The notes below the pieces were generated by a model that saw only the letters and a list, made by a program, of their open reading frames with translations, was not told the DNA's origin and ran no database searches. A stretch of 64,000 bases of DNA, taken from the NCBI GenBank assembly GCA_947458785.1, contig CANGZU010000001.1, positions 4,269-68,268 of the forward strand, read 5' to 3'. Every line of letters starts with the position of its first letter. The first letter of the stretch is position 1. The stretch is from Ignavibacteria bacterium. GTDB taxonomy: Bacteria; Bacteroidota; Ignavibacteria; Kapaibacteriales; Kapaibacteriaceae. This document shows, piece by piece, positions 1 to 9,207 of this stretch. Position numbers and translations under genes: made by a program.

Positions 1-61
1 GACCGGCAGCTGCGCGTATTCCGGGAGACGGGCAGCATGACAGAAGTGGCGAAGTACATTC

Positions 62-1591
62 ATGAAGAATCAACACGTGGGCTCTAATCCTATGAAGCAT
101 CTGCTTACCATATCGCTGATTGTTCTCCAATGCCTAACACTGCACGCCGGTGAAGATGAAAAGCCGCAAAAGGCAGCTGTTCCCATCATTCATGAGCCCA
201 CGACCACGAATCACAGCATCACGATCGATGGAAATAAGATCGACTATCAAACGACCGTTGGTCACCTAAAACTCGTGCAGGAAGATGGGACACTTCGTGC
301 CAATGTATTCTTCATTGCCTACACAAAAAGTGGCGTCACTGACGCATCCGCTCGCCCCCTGACATTCTCGTTTAATGGCGGGCCAGGCTCCTCAAGCGTC
401 TGGTTGCATCTTGGCGTACTGGGCCCGCGCCGTGTACTGATGAACGACGACGGCACGACACTGCCGCCACCATACAAACTCGTCGACAACGACCAGTCAT
501 GGCTCGACCTGACGGACATGGTCTTCATCGATCCGGTGAGCACGGGCTTCTCACGTGCCGTCGATGACAAATCTGCCAAGCAATTCCACGGATACAATCA
601 GGATATCGAATCGGTTGGAGAGTTCATTCGCCGCTGGGTTTCGGATAACAAGCGCTGGTCTTCACCGAAGTATTTGATAGGCGAGTCATACGGCACAACG
701 CGCGCCAGCGCGCTCTCTGAACACGTGCAGTCAAAGTACGGCATGTACCTCAATGGTGTGATCCTCGTAAGTGCCGTGTTGAACTTCCAGACCATAGACT
801 TCAACGACGGCAACGACCTGCCATTTGCCACGTTCCTTCCAACCTATACCGCATCTGCCTGGTACCACAAACGCCTTCCGCCAGACCTGCTGGCAATGCC
901 CCTTGAGACTGTTGTTGAATCTGCACGTGTCTTTGCCAGCACGACCTACACACAGATGCTGATGAAGGGGTGGATGATGACGCCGGAGGAGCGCACATCT
1001 ACAATTGAGAAACTCGCCCGCTTTACAGGCCTTTCGCGGGAGTATCTCGATAAGGCCGACCTGCGCCCTATCATTTTTCGCTTCTGCCAAGAACTACTCC
1101 GCGACAGGGGGCAAGTAATCGGTCGCTTTGATAGCCGCTACACTGGAACGATCGCCGACCGACTGGGTGAATCCATGGAGCGCGATCCATCGCACCATCC
1201 AACAATTGCCGGGTGCTTTTCAACCTGTATCAACGACTATCTTACTCGTGAGCTTGGCGTCAAGACCACACTTCCCTACGAAGTGCTGACCGGACGCGTC
1301 TGGCCATGGGATTACTCCAATGTTCAGAATGAGTACCTCAACGTCGGACCTCGTCTTCGCAACGCCGTCCAGATGAATCCTTCGCTTCGTGTGTGGGTGC
1401 TCAACGGTTACTACGACCTGGCTACACCGTTCTACGGAACAGAGTACACATTCTCGCATCTGGGGCTGCCCGAGTCGCTCCGCAAGAACGTATCGATGTC
1501 CTACTACAAGGCCGGACACATGATGTATCTGCTCAAAACAGAGCTGGTGCAGATGAAGCAAGACGCCAAACAGTGGTATGGTGTTCGTTAA
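62..1591 (+). CDS. S10-family serine carboxypeptidase-like secreted peptidase
   Basis: NGGPGSSS motif matches the S10 GGPGCSS box; Ser-hydrolase GESYG motif; likely signal peptide from Met at 92 (MKHLLTISLIVLQCLTLHA). Confidence 0.7.
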   Translation: MKNQHVGSNPMKHLLTISLIVLQCLTLHAGEDEKPQKAAVPIIHEPTTTNHSITIDGNKIDYQTTVGHLKLVQEDGTLRANVFFIAYTKSGVTDASARPLTFSFNGGPGSSSVWLHLGVLGPRRVLMNDDGTTLPPPYKLVDNDQSWLDLTDMVFIDPVSTGFSRAVDDKSAKQFHGYNQDIESVGEFIRRWVSDNKRWSSPKYLIGESYGTTRASALSEHVQSKYGMYLNGVILVSAVLNFQTIDFNDGNDLPFATFLPTYTASAWYHKRLPPDLLAMPLETVVESARVFASTTYTQMLMKGWMMTPEERTSTIEKLARFTGLSREYLDKADLRPIIFRFCQELLRDRGQVIGRFDSRYTGTIADRLGESMERDPSHHPTIAGCFSTCINDYLTRELGVKTTLPYEVLTGRVWPWDYSNVQNEYLNVGPRLRNAVQMNPSLRVWVLNGYYDLATPFYGTEYTFSHLGLPESLRKNVSMSYYKAGHMMYLLKTELVQMKQDAKQWYGVR

Positions 1592-2631
1592 GAGGCGCGA
1601 AGAACTCCCCTCGGGCAAACGCTAACACATACTCCGCAGCCTACGCATGATGCGCGTTTGATTTCCTTGCCCTCTTGGGCGTAGGATCGGACATCGATGC
1701 CCATCTCACAATAGGTACTGCAGTTACCACAAGAAATGCACTGGCCTTGATTGGTCTCAATGCGGAATCGTGATGCATACTTCTGCAGAATGCCAAGCAG
1801 CGCAGCCATGGGGCATCCAAATCGGCACCATACACGTGAACCCAGAATCGGATAGAAACCCACTCCAACGACACCCGAGAATAGTCCACCGATGACAAAC
1901 CCATAGATGCGATTTGCTGTATCAGCGTATAGCTGCAACGCTGGATCTGGATGGGCATCAACATACCATAACAGTGCAGTGATTCCGATGATGATGACCA
2001 AGACTGGATAGATCGTCCACCGTTCAATTGTCCACGATAAGGGGCCTTTGCTGCTGAGATGACGGAACGAATCCCCGGCTGTCTCGGCCAATGCGCCGCA
2101 TCCGCAGACCCATGAGCAATACCAGCGCTTGCCATAGAAGTAAGTAAGCACGGGCGTCGCAACAACAAGCATGATCACACTCCACCATCCCATAAAGACA
2201 CGAAGCCTATCTGGACTGTCGATGAGTGGATGCAGCGTTGATGGGAAAAGATACTCGGGCTTCAAGGGCCAAAAGTAGCTGAAGTAGAACTCGCCGTGTC
2301 CACTGTGCTGAAGCATGTTCGGCAGTATGAATGCGAGAAGCAGTTGAACTGTAACAAGCGAGACCGTGCGTAGCATGTGATAGCGCTCGTTGCGATAGTC
2401 AATGATCTTCTTGACACCAAACATGCATACCACAAGTGTGTAGACTGCGCTGTACCAAAACCACACTGTCTGCGGTGCACCAAACGTTTCGGGTCGCCAG
2501 TAGACAATGGCATACAACGATGTTAGAACGATGCCCAGCCCATAGGCCATCCATCCCCTGTTGCGCAGCGATGATGACATTGGTGCAGAATTCACAGCTT
2601 CGGTGGGTATCGCAATCTGTATTGGTGTCAT
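1588..2631 (-). CDS. polytopic membrane protein with C-terminal 2x[4Fe-4S] ferredoxin domain (NapH/MauN-like)
   Basis: multiple hydrophobic helices; C-terminal CISCGNCSTYC...CVGCGVCVSVCP motifs; start refined to Met at 2631, giving an ATGA overlap with the upstream gene. Confidence 0.6.
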   Translation of the reverse strand: MTPIQIAIPTEAVNSAPMSSSLRNRGWMAYGLGIVLTSLYAIVYWRPETFGAPQTVWFWYSAVYTLVVCMFGVKKIIDYRNERYHMLRTVSLVTVQLLLAFILPNMLQHSGHGEFYFSYFWPLKPEYLFPSTLHPLIDSPDRLRVFMGWWSVIMLVVATPVLTYFYGKRWYCSWVCGCGALAETAGDSFRHLSSKGPLSWTIERWTIYPVLVIIIGITALLWYVDAHPDPALQLYADTANRIYGFVIGGLFSGVVGVGFYPILGSRVWCRFGCPMAALLGILQKYASRFRIETNQGQCISCGNCSTYCEMGIDVRSYAQEGKEIKRASCVGCGVCVSVCPRGVLRAS

Positions 2632-3797
2632 AGACACACCCTTGTTGAAAGCTGTGGATCGAACAACGCAGCACCAATGTTTCGTCGAACATAGTCCACA
2701 TCCCGACCCTGCATGATCCACTCGTTGCAGATGCTTTGGCGAAGACGTATGCCCAAGGCATGCACTCCAACGACCGAACCATCTGTGGTGTGCGCAATAC
2801 GCAGACAACGCGGCCGCTGCAAATCCATCCACAAGAACGTGTTGACATCATCTCGTGGAACTGTACCGTAGACCTGCCATTCCACATCAAAGAACTTGGC
2901 ACTGTTGTAGTAGAGTGATGGCAAATACTCCGACGATTGCCCGGTCAGCATTGCCGCAAGTGTTGCTCCATGCTCTCGTCCAACATACCATCCTTGACTA
3001 TTCCCCCAGGGTAGATGGGCACAATCTCCAATGGCAAAGATCCCCATTGCGCTTGTCTCGAACTTTTCGTTGACGACGATGCCAGAGGTGCATGTGATCC
3101 CTGCCTGCTCAGCTAACGACATGCTCGGTTCCATGCCAATGGCAACCACAACGAGATCGGCATCTCCTAGCACATCATCGGATGCTACGACCGTGTTGAT
3201 GCGCACGTCGATGCCGCGCCTTCGGACATGATCTGTGAGAAACTCTGACTCTTCTTCTGGAAGATGACTCCTGTAGACTCCGGATTCACGGATAAACCAC
3301 GTGGTTGGAATACCACGGGATGATAGTATCTCAGTAACCTCTGCGCCAATCAGACCACCTCCCACAACTGCCGCACGCTTGCAGCTGTGTATGGCTACGT
3401 TAAGTGCATCGATATCTGACAGCCGGGAGTACGTGAGCACCGTTCGATGCGAGGCAATCGATGCTTCAAGTAATCGTGGCTTTGCGCCCGTTGCAAGCAC
3501 AATGGCATCAGCCTGCATGGTTGTTCCGCTGCCCAAACTGCAGGTCTTGCTCTGCGCATCGATGTGCATACATGTATCATGCACAAGCCGTATGCCCATC
3601 CTATCCCACTCTTCATCACGATAGGGCTTGATGTGCTCACGCTCGAGTTGTCCGAGCGACACATACATCATCGCGGGACGCGAGAAATGGTAAGGGGCTT
3701 CACCTGATACGATCGTTACTTCGTAATCACTGAGCTCACGCAATTTGCGCGCGGCCGTGACTCCGGCAACACCATTACCGATGATGACAACATGCAT
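2628..3797 (-). CDS. NAD(P)/FAD-dependent oxidoreductase (pyridine nucleotide-disulfide oxidoreductase family)
   Basis: N-terminal VVIIGNGVAGV dinucleotide fold and a second VVGGGLIGAE Rossmann motif. Confidence 0.75.
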   Translation of the reverse strand: MHVVIIGNGVAGVTAARKLRELSDYEVTIVSGEAPYHFSRPAMMYVSLGQLEREHIKPYRDEEWDRMGIRLVHDTCMHIDAQSKTCSLGSGTTMQADAIVLATGAKPRLLEASIASHRTVLTYSRLSDIDALNVAIHSCKRAAVVGGGLIGAEVTEILSSRGIPTTWFIRESGVYRSHLPEEESEFLTDHVRRRGIDVRINTVVASDDVLGDADLVVVAIGMEPSMSLAEQAGITCTSGIVVNEKFETSAMGIFAIGDCAHLPWGNSQGWYVGREHGATLAAMLTGQSSEYLPSLYYNSAKFFDVEWQVYGTVPRDDVNTFLWMDLQRPRCLRIAHTTDGSVVGVHALGIRLRQSICNEWIMQGRDVDYVRRNIGAALFDPQLSTRVCL

Positions 3798-3814
3798 GGA
3801 GCGAATCTACTGCA

Positions 3815-4417
3815 TCACTGCGAGAGTAACTCTGGCATTACCGCAGTAAGGTCATCAACTGTGTCGATATCGCGCAGCACAGGCAGGTGGACAACAGAGA
3901 GTCCGGCTGATGTCGCACGCTCAAGTGTCTGCTCAAGCACGTGTTCGGTGCTCCAGGAGATGCCTTCAAACAGCCCCTCATGTAGTTGCTTCATGCCGAT
4001 GAGATAGTACCCTCCATCATGTGCCGGACCAATCACAACATCTGCAGTGTCGAGGCCTGTGATCGCCTGTTGCACGATCTGGGCTGTGATATTCGGCGTG
4101 TCGGAGCCGATAACAATCTGCACTGGATACGAAGAGCAGTCCTTCATGGCATTGATGATCCGCTCGCCGAGCGACGCACCGTGTTGTTTGATTGGACCAA
4201 CGGTTCCGGCCTGGACAAGGGTTATGTTGCCATCGACACATGCGCACACCTCATATCCAGAGCCTCTAGAGAGATTTGCAAACAGCGTTGCCATCATGAT
4301 CGAATACACATGATAGGCACGCTCCTCTCCAATGTCCTTGGCAAGGCGGGTCTTTACTCGCCCCCTCTCAGGAGCCCTGCAGACAACGATCACCACCGCA
4401 TCGTGCGGCTGACTCAT
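3815..4417 (-). CDS. TIGR04282/DUF2064-family transferase (arsenosugar-biosynthesis-associated, MobA-like fold)
   Basis: about 200 aa; N-terminal VVIVVCRAP...GRVKTRL and GSDTP...GPAHDGGYYLIG pattern typical of DUF2064; 4-nt overlap with the downstream hydroxylase gene. Confidence 0.55.
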   Translation of the reverse strand: MSQPHDAVVIVVCRAPERGRVKTRLAKDIGEERAYHVYSIMMATLFANLSRGSGYEVCACVDGNITLVQAGTVGPIKQHGASLGERIINAMKDCSSYPVQIVIGSDTPNITAQIVQQAITGLDTADVVIGPAHDGGYYLIGMKQLHEGLFEGISWSTEHVLEQTLERATSAGLSVVHLPVLRDIDTVDDLTAVMPELLSQ

Positions 4418-4851
4418 GATCTCTTGCCCCAGTACTTTGGCGGCACGAAGAAGAGTCCGTAGGCCTCTCCTGTATCATTGCCAACATGTTTATGATGCGC
4501 CATATGCATCTTATACACCGCCTGCAGGTATCTGTTCGTGGGAAGGGGCTGACGTAGAAACCGCTTATGGATCACCATGTCGTGCATCACGAAGTACGAC
4601 ATACCATACGCCGCGATACCAAGTCCAAAAAAGACAGAAGGTCCATCTGGCAAACCGATAGCGATTAGCACAAGAGCAATGCTTGTGAAGAAGAGCACAA
4701 ACACATCGTTTAGTTCAAGTGGATGCTTGGAAGGGGCATGATGCGTGTGATGAATGCGCCAGAGCGGACCATGCATTACATAGCGGTGAAACACCGTCGT
4801 AAATGCCTCCATACCAATGATTCCGGCGATGATGAAGAGAGCCTCAATCAC
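4414..4851 (-). CDS. fatty acid hydroxylase superfamily di-iron membrane enzyme (CrtZ-like)
   Basis: 145 aa with three His boxes (HHTHH, HDMVIHKR, HMAHHKH) and hydrophobic segments. Confidence 0.65.
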   Translation of the reverse strand: MIEALFIIAGIIGMEAFTTVFHRYVMHGPLWRIHHTHHAPSKHPLELNDVFVLFFTSIALVLIAIGLPDGPSVFFGLGIAAYGMSYFVMHDMVIHKRFLRQPLPTNRYLQAVYKMHMAHHKHVGNDTGEAYGLFFVPPKYWGKRS

Positions 4852-5420
4852 TGTTGCACCTCATGATAGCGGAAGCACGAAACTAGGTGATCATTGACCA
4901 TGCCAGTTGCCTGCATGTGGGCGTAGACAACAGTGCTGCCAACAAATGAGAATCCTCGCTGTTTGAGGTCCTTGCTGAGACGATCAGAGACATCCGTCTT
5001 GGAAGGCAAATCACTGAGTTCATGGAATGCGTTGATAGTTGGCCGACCATCCACAAAATCCCAAATGTATGCGTCGAATGAGCCGTGGCTCTCTTGAACA
5101 CGAAGAAACGCTTGCGCGTTGGCCACAGCAGCCCTAATCTTTTGTTGATTGCGGATGATGCCAGGATCTGCCATACAGCGGATGATGTCGGTCTCGGTAA
5201 ATCTCGCTACCACGTCTGGCCGAAAACCAGCGAACGCCTCGCGAAAGTTCTCACGCTTCTTCAGAACGGTATGCCAGCTCAATCCCGCCTGCATTGTTTC
5301 GAGAATGAGGAACTCGAACAAGAGCTGATCATCATGTAATGGCAAGCCCCATTCGTGATCGTGATAGTGCATGTAGAGGTCGTCCTTCATACACCAGCCA
5401 CATCGATGGATCGCACTCAT
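4848..5420 (-). CDS. tag: DNA-3-methyladenine glycosylase I
   Basis: RCGWC...HDHEWG...LILETMQAGLSW motifs as in E. coli Tag; start refined to the Met preceding RCGW. Confidence 0.8.
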   Translation of the reverse strand: MSAIHRCGWCMKDDLYMHYHDHEWGLPLHDDQLLFEFLILETMQAGLSWHTVLKKRENFREAFAGFRPDVVARFTETDIIRCMADPGIIRNQQKIRAAVANAQAFLRVQESHGSFDAYIWDFVDGRPTINAFHELSDLPSKTDVSDRLSKDLKQRGFSFVGSTVVYAHMQATGMVNDHLVSCFRYHEVQQ

Positions 5421-6472
5421 GCCAGCTGCCCTCCACACGAAGAGCCCGAGCCTGCTGTGCAGCCAAAACAATGGCGGTCTGTAGCGATCATACGCGACGT
5501 AATCTGCGCCTCGTCGAACTCAGCAATGTGCTTGACGCGTGATGCAACTGGCATCTCAAGCATCTGATTGAAGTCACAGTCGTAGAGACGTCCATCGTAT
5601 CCAACCGATATGGTGGTTCGACACATTACACCATGCGCGGCCGCAGGGTTAAACGCATCGACCAGTGTACGCATGTATCGCTCGTAGTTGCCTGAGTTGA
5701 CCAAGAATTCAAGGAATCTCGAGATCGGCATGTTCGTTATGCAGTGCAGACTATTAAAGACAACGTTGTGCTTATCGGAAAGATTGCGCTTGAACTCCTT
5801 CTCCAGTGATGCCTGGGGTCCGGGCAGCAATGCTCCAACAGGATTGTAGACTAGGTCTATAAGAAGCCCGGAGTTTTCAATCCCGTATCCCACATCATTG
5901 AGCATTTTGAGTGCTCTGATCGAGTCGTGGAACACGCCGCCCCCTCGCTGACGATCCGTATACGTCGCGTCGTAGAACGGCAGGCTTGAGACAACATGTA
6001 CACCATGCTCAGCGTAAAACTGCGGCAGATCATGATACTTCGGATTGGCAACAATGATCGTCAGATTGCAACGCACCATTACCATTACGCCACGTGCTGA
6101 AAGCTGCTCGACAAACCAGCGAAACTCTGGATTCATCTCTGGCGCACCACCGGTGAGATCTACTGTTGAGATGGTGCTCGCATCGAGCGCATCGAGACAC
6201 TGCTGCATGATCTCGCGAGACATGATCTCGGTTCGATCGGGTCCGGCATCAACGTGACAATGCTTGCAGGCCTGGTTGCACATCTTGCCAAGATTGATCT
6301 GCAAGATTGACGGCGAAAGCGGACGGAGCTCACCGATTCCAGAGTGCATGAGCTGTTCATCAAACTGCGGCAGGGAAAGCACTGCTGCATCCTGTTGCAG
6401 AAGTTGACGTTGGACACCAACGTTGGAGAGCTCAGATCCGCGTCGGATAAGGCTGGTAGTTGCAAGAGCCAT
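5417..6472 (-). CDS. arsS: radical SAM / Cys-rich domain protein, ArsS-like (arsenosugar biosynthesis family)
   Basis: CNQACKHC radical-SAM CX3CX2C box; C-terminal Cys-rich tail CFGCTAGSGSSCGG; about 350 aa as for the TIGR04167 family. Confidence 0.65.
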   Translation of the reverse strand: MALATTSLIRRGSELSNVGVQRQLLQQDAAVLSLPQFDEQLMHSGIGELRPLSPSILQINLGKMCNQACKHCHVDAGPDRTEIMSREIMQQCLDALDASTISTVDLTGGAPEMNPEFRWFVEQLSARGVMVMVRCNLTIIVANPKYHDLPQFYAEHGVHVVSSLPFYDATYTDRQRGGGVFHDSIRALKMLNDVGYGIENSGLLIDLVYNPVGALLPGPQASLEKEFKRNLSDKHNVVFNSLHCITNMPISRFLEFLVNSGNYERYMRTLVDAFNPAAAHGVMCRTTISVGYDGRLYDCDFNQMLEMPVASRVKHIAEFDEAQITSRMIATDRHCFGCTAGSGSSCGGQLA

Positions 6473-6482
6473 CGTGGTGTGG

Positions 6483-6815
6483 TTACATCGATACTTCGTT
6501 GACCTTGTTCATCATCTGCACGCCGTGCACAAGGGATGCACCGCCGCGAATCGCGGCCGACACATGTACGGCCTCCATCATCATCTGTTCGGTAGCGCCC
6601 TTCTGCATACTATCTGTGGTATAGGCATCTATGCAATATGGACACTGCACAGCATGTGCGACAGCAAGAGCAATCAGCGACTTTTCACGCTGCGTGAGAG
6701 CTCCTTCGGCGAATACCGCACCATACCAGTCGAAGAACTTTTCGGCCAACTCTGGCTGGAGCTGCGAGATAGTACCAAACTTTGGTAAATCAGCTGGATC
6801 GTAATAGGTCTTCAT
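6483..6815 (-). CDS. AhpD/carboxymuconolactone-decarboxylase family peroxidase-like protein
   Basis: 110 aa, CPYC redox motif in an AhpD-like core; lies directly upstream of the ArsS-like gene. Confidence 0.65.
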   Translation of the reverse strand: MKTYYDPADLPKFGTISQLQPELAEKFFDWYGAVFAEGALTQREKSLIALAVAHAVQCPYCIDAYTTDSMQKGATEQMMMEAVHVSAAIRGGASLVHGVQMMNKVNEVSM

Positions 6816-6848
6816 GGCTTTCCTTTCCGCGGAGAATTGGCAGTGACG

Positions 6849-7397
6849 TTACTGCTTCTCATGGAAGCTTACAACAACGACAACAAGAGCCGCGCAGACC
6901 AGTGATGTGATCTCTGGAGACCAGTGGAAGAAACCACTGTACATCATGAGACTCACCAGTGCTGCAGCCATAAGCTCGCGAAGTCCGCGCATGCGCCCAG
7001 AGCGAACACGCATGTAGTTCGATGCCATGAGGCCAGAGAATCCGAAAATTGAAACGGGATAAAGCATACTTAGGCCCATGTATCCAATGAGCTGGACAAC
7101 GGCAAGATCCTGAGCGATAGATCCGCCAAACAATCTGGCGCTCGAGATCAGGAGCAAGAGAAGAAAACATGCAAGAAAAACTCCCTGCAGCATCTTAGCG
7201 CCTTGCATGCCGAAAAATCTATCGGCAACGTAGCAGGAATACATGGCACCACCACCAATGGTCATGACCACGCGCCCCAGCTGTAGAAGCGGGTCTATCT
7301 CCATGATCACCGCCGCGATTGAAAGTACTGCGCCAGCGACGACGACGCTGACGAATCTCCACATCCAAGGATCGAGACGCTTTAGCATGTTCCACAT
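6849..7397 (-). CDS. hypothetical polytopic membrane protein
   Basis: ORF with about 6 hydrophobic segments; start may be the Met at 7364. Confidence 0.4.
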   Translation of the reverse strand: MWNMLKRLDPWMWRFVSVVVAGAVLSIAAVIMEIDPLLQLGRVVMTIGGGAMYSCYVADRFFGMQGAKMLQGVFLACFLLLLLISSARLFGGSIAQDLAVVQLIGYMGLSMLYPVSIFGFSGLMASNYMRVRSGRMRGLRELMAAALVSLMMYSGFFHWSPEITSLVCAALVVVVVSFHEKQ

Positions 7398-8326
7398 TCT
7401 CCATTTGCGTGCAAGTGCTCACTTTCTACCTGCACGGTAACGTGCGTCAACTGAAATCTGTTCCGCAGAACTTCACGCACTTCTCGCACAATCTCATCCG
7501 ATGACCTAGCGCTGACTACATGCACCGAGGCCGCATTTTCACGGATCGTGAGTTGCCAAACGTGCACGTCATGAACATCCTTGACACCAGGAATCGACAT
7601 TAACTCGCTTTTGACATCAAGGGGCGAGATGTTCAACGGAGCCGATTCCATCAGGATAACACCAGACTCACGAATCACGCGCACGGCACCGCGTGTAATG
7701 ATGATCGCAATAAAAATGGATATGATCGGATCGATCAGTTCCCATCCCGTGAGCTCGATCACGCCTGCTGCGATGATCACACCAAGACTCGACATTAGAT
7801 CCGTCATCACATGCAGATAGGCACTCCGCGTGGTGATATGCTCGGACTTGTGCAGATACATGGCGCTGATGGCATTGGCAAAAAAACCCACGATGGCAAC
7901 GTAGAGCATGATCTCTGAATCAACATGTGAGTGCTCATCACCTGCCATACGGCGGATTGCTTCGATCACAATGTAGATGCAGATGCCGATCAGCAGAAAT
8001 CCATTTGTAAGCGCTGCCAGAATCTCGATGCGCCGCAGACCGAAAGTGTATCGGATGTCATGTTGCTCGCGCGCCTTGGCAGCCAGTCGTAGACCAAAGA
8101 AGGCAATCAGCAGTGATGCCAGATCAACGAGCACGTGTCCAGCGTCGGAGAGCAATGAAAGACTGCCCGAGACGAGGCCACCAACAACCTGCACAGCAAA
8201 CACCGCGGCCGTTAGAACAACCGCTACACGAAGCGGCTTGATGTCGGTATGCTCGTGTATGTGCCCGTGATGGTGGTGATCATGGTGTTCATGGTCATGA
8301 TGACCATGATGGTGGTGATGTCCCAT
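7382..8326 (-). CDS. cation diffusion facilitator (CzcD/ZitB-like) metal efflux transporter
   Basis: His-rich N-terminus MGHHHHHGHHDHEHHDHHHHGH; 6 TM core and cytoplasmic C-domain typical of CDF. Confidence 0.85.
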   Translation of the reverse strand: MGHHHHHGHHDHEHHDHHHHGHIHEHTDIKPLRVAVVLTAAVFAVQVVGGLVSGSLSLLSDAGHVLVDLASLLIAFFGLRLAAKAREQHDIRYTFGLRRIEILAALTNGFLLIGICIYIVIEAIRRMAGDEHSHVDSEIMLYVAIVGFFANAISAMYLHKSEHITTRSAYLHVMTDLMSSLGVIIAAGVIELTGWELIDPIISIFIAIIITRGAVRVIRESGVILMESAPLNISPLDVKSELMSIPGVKDVHDVHVWQLTIRENAASVHVVSARSSDEIVREVREVLRNRFQLTHVTVQVESEHLHANGECGTC

Positions 8327-8329
8327 GAC

Positions 8330-9178
8330 TTAACGTCCAGTGAAGATGAGAACAAGGTAGATCGTCACTAACGGGGCTACAAAGAGCATTGAATCAAACC
8401 GGTCAAGGATTCCACCATGACCCGGAATGATGTGCGACGAATCCTTTACAACCGCATCTCTCTTGAGCCACGACTCTGCGAGATCGCCGATCGGGCCAAA
8501 GACGGCAATAATCGCACCGATGACAACGGCATGAATCATTGGAACGGTGGGCATGAGCCATGTGAACAAGCCGATCACAATCAGGACGGCAGCAATACCA
8601 CCCCCGATAGCCCCCTCCCAAGTCTTCTTGGGACTTACGCGAGGAAAGAGTTTATGCTTTCCGATGGCCAGTCCAGTAAAATAGGCGGCACTGTCGCACA
8701 TCCACACCCCGGCAAACAACGTAACTGTGAGTGAGGCTCCGTCGAATCCACCGATATTCACATTTGAACGAAGCATCATGAGCATCGACAGGCACACTGT
8801 TACGTAGACAACCCCAAAGACCGTGAGGGATGTATTGAGGAGAGCGTTTTCCTCGGCACGAAACATCTCTGCCGTGAGCGTGAGAAGCACGAATCCAATC
8901 GCGGCAACGGTCAGGTAGACCATGATCTGAGCACCTTGCGCCGTGGTGGACACAGTGTACAGGAGAAACAGGATCTGCAGTGCAATACTGCCAATAACTC
9001 CGACCACCTTGTTCGGTACAGCATGCTTCGACTCCGCAAGCTTGTAGAACTCGAGAAGCGCAAGGGTGGTCAAGGGGATGATGACAGCCGAGAATACTCT
9101 GGCGTCTGCATAGATCAGAGCTATCGTGGCTGGTATGCCTACTAGACCCACGAGGATGCGTTTTACCATGTTCGTCAT
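8330..9178 (-). CDS. cdsA: phosphatidate cytidylyltransferase
   Basis: multi-TM protein with C-terminal PGHGGILDRFDS CdsA signature. Confidence 0.8.
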   Translation of the reverse strand: MTNMVKRILVGLVGIPATIALIYADARVFSAVIIPLTTLALLEFYKLAESKHAVPNKVVGVIGSIALQILFLLYTVSTTAQGAQIMVYLTVAAIGFVLLTLTAEMFRAEENALLNTSLTVFGVVYVTVCLSMLMMLRSNVNIGGFDGASLTVTLFAGVWMCDSAAYFTGLAIGKHKLFPRVSPKKTWEGAIGGGIAAVLIVIGLFTWLMPTVPMIHAVVIGAIIAVFGPIGDLAESWLKRDAVVKDSSHIIPGHGGILDRFDSMLFVAPLVTIYLVLIFTGR

Positions 9179-9207
9179 GACGCGAAGCTACGTACTTTCG
9201 TAGCGCT

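Noticed and set aside
319-1650. Several 60-130 aa antisense and out-of-frame ORFs inside the S10 peptidase gene (and similar ones inside other long genes)
   Set aside because: Fully embedded in well-supported CDSs in a high-GC genome; no motifs
7382-7397. 16-nt overlap between the membrane protein gene and the CDF gene
   Set aside because: More likely the membrane protein starts at the downstream Met (7364); this is not a programmed frameshift
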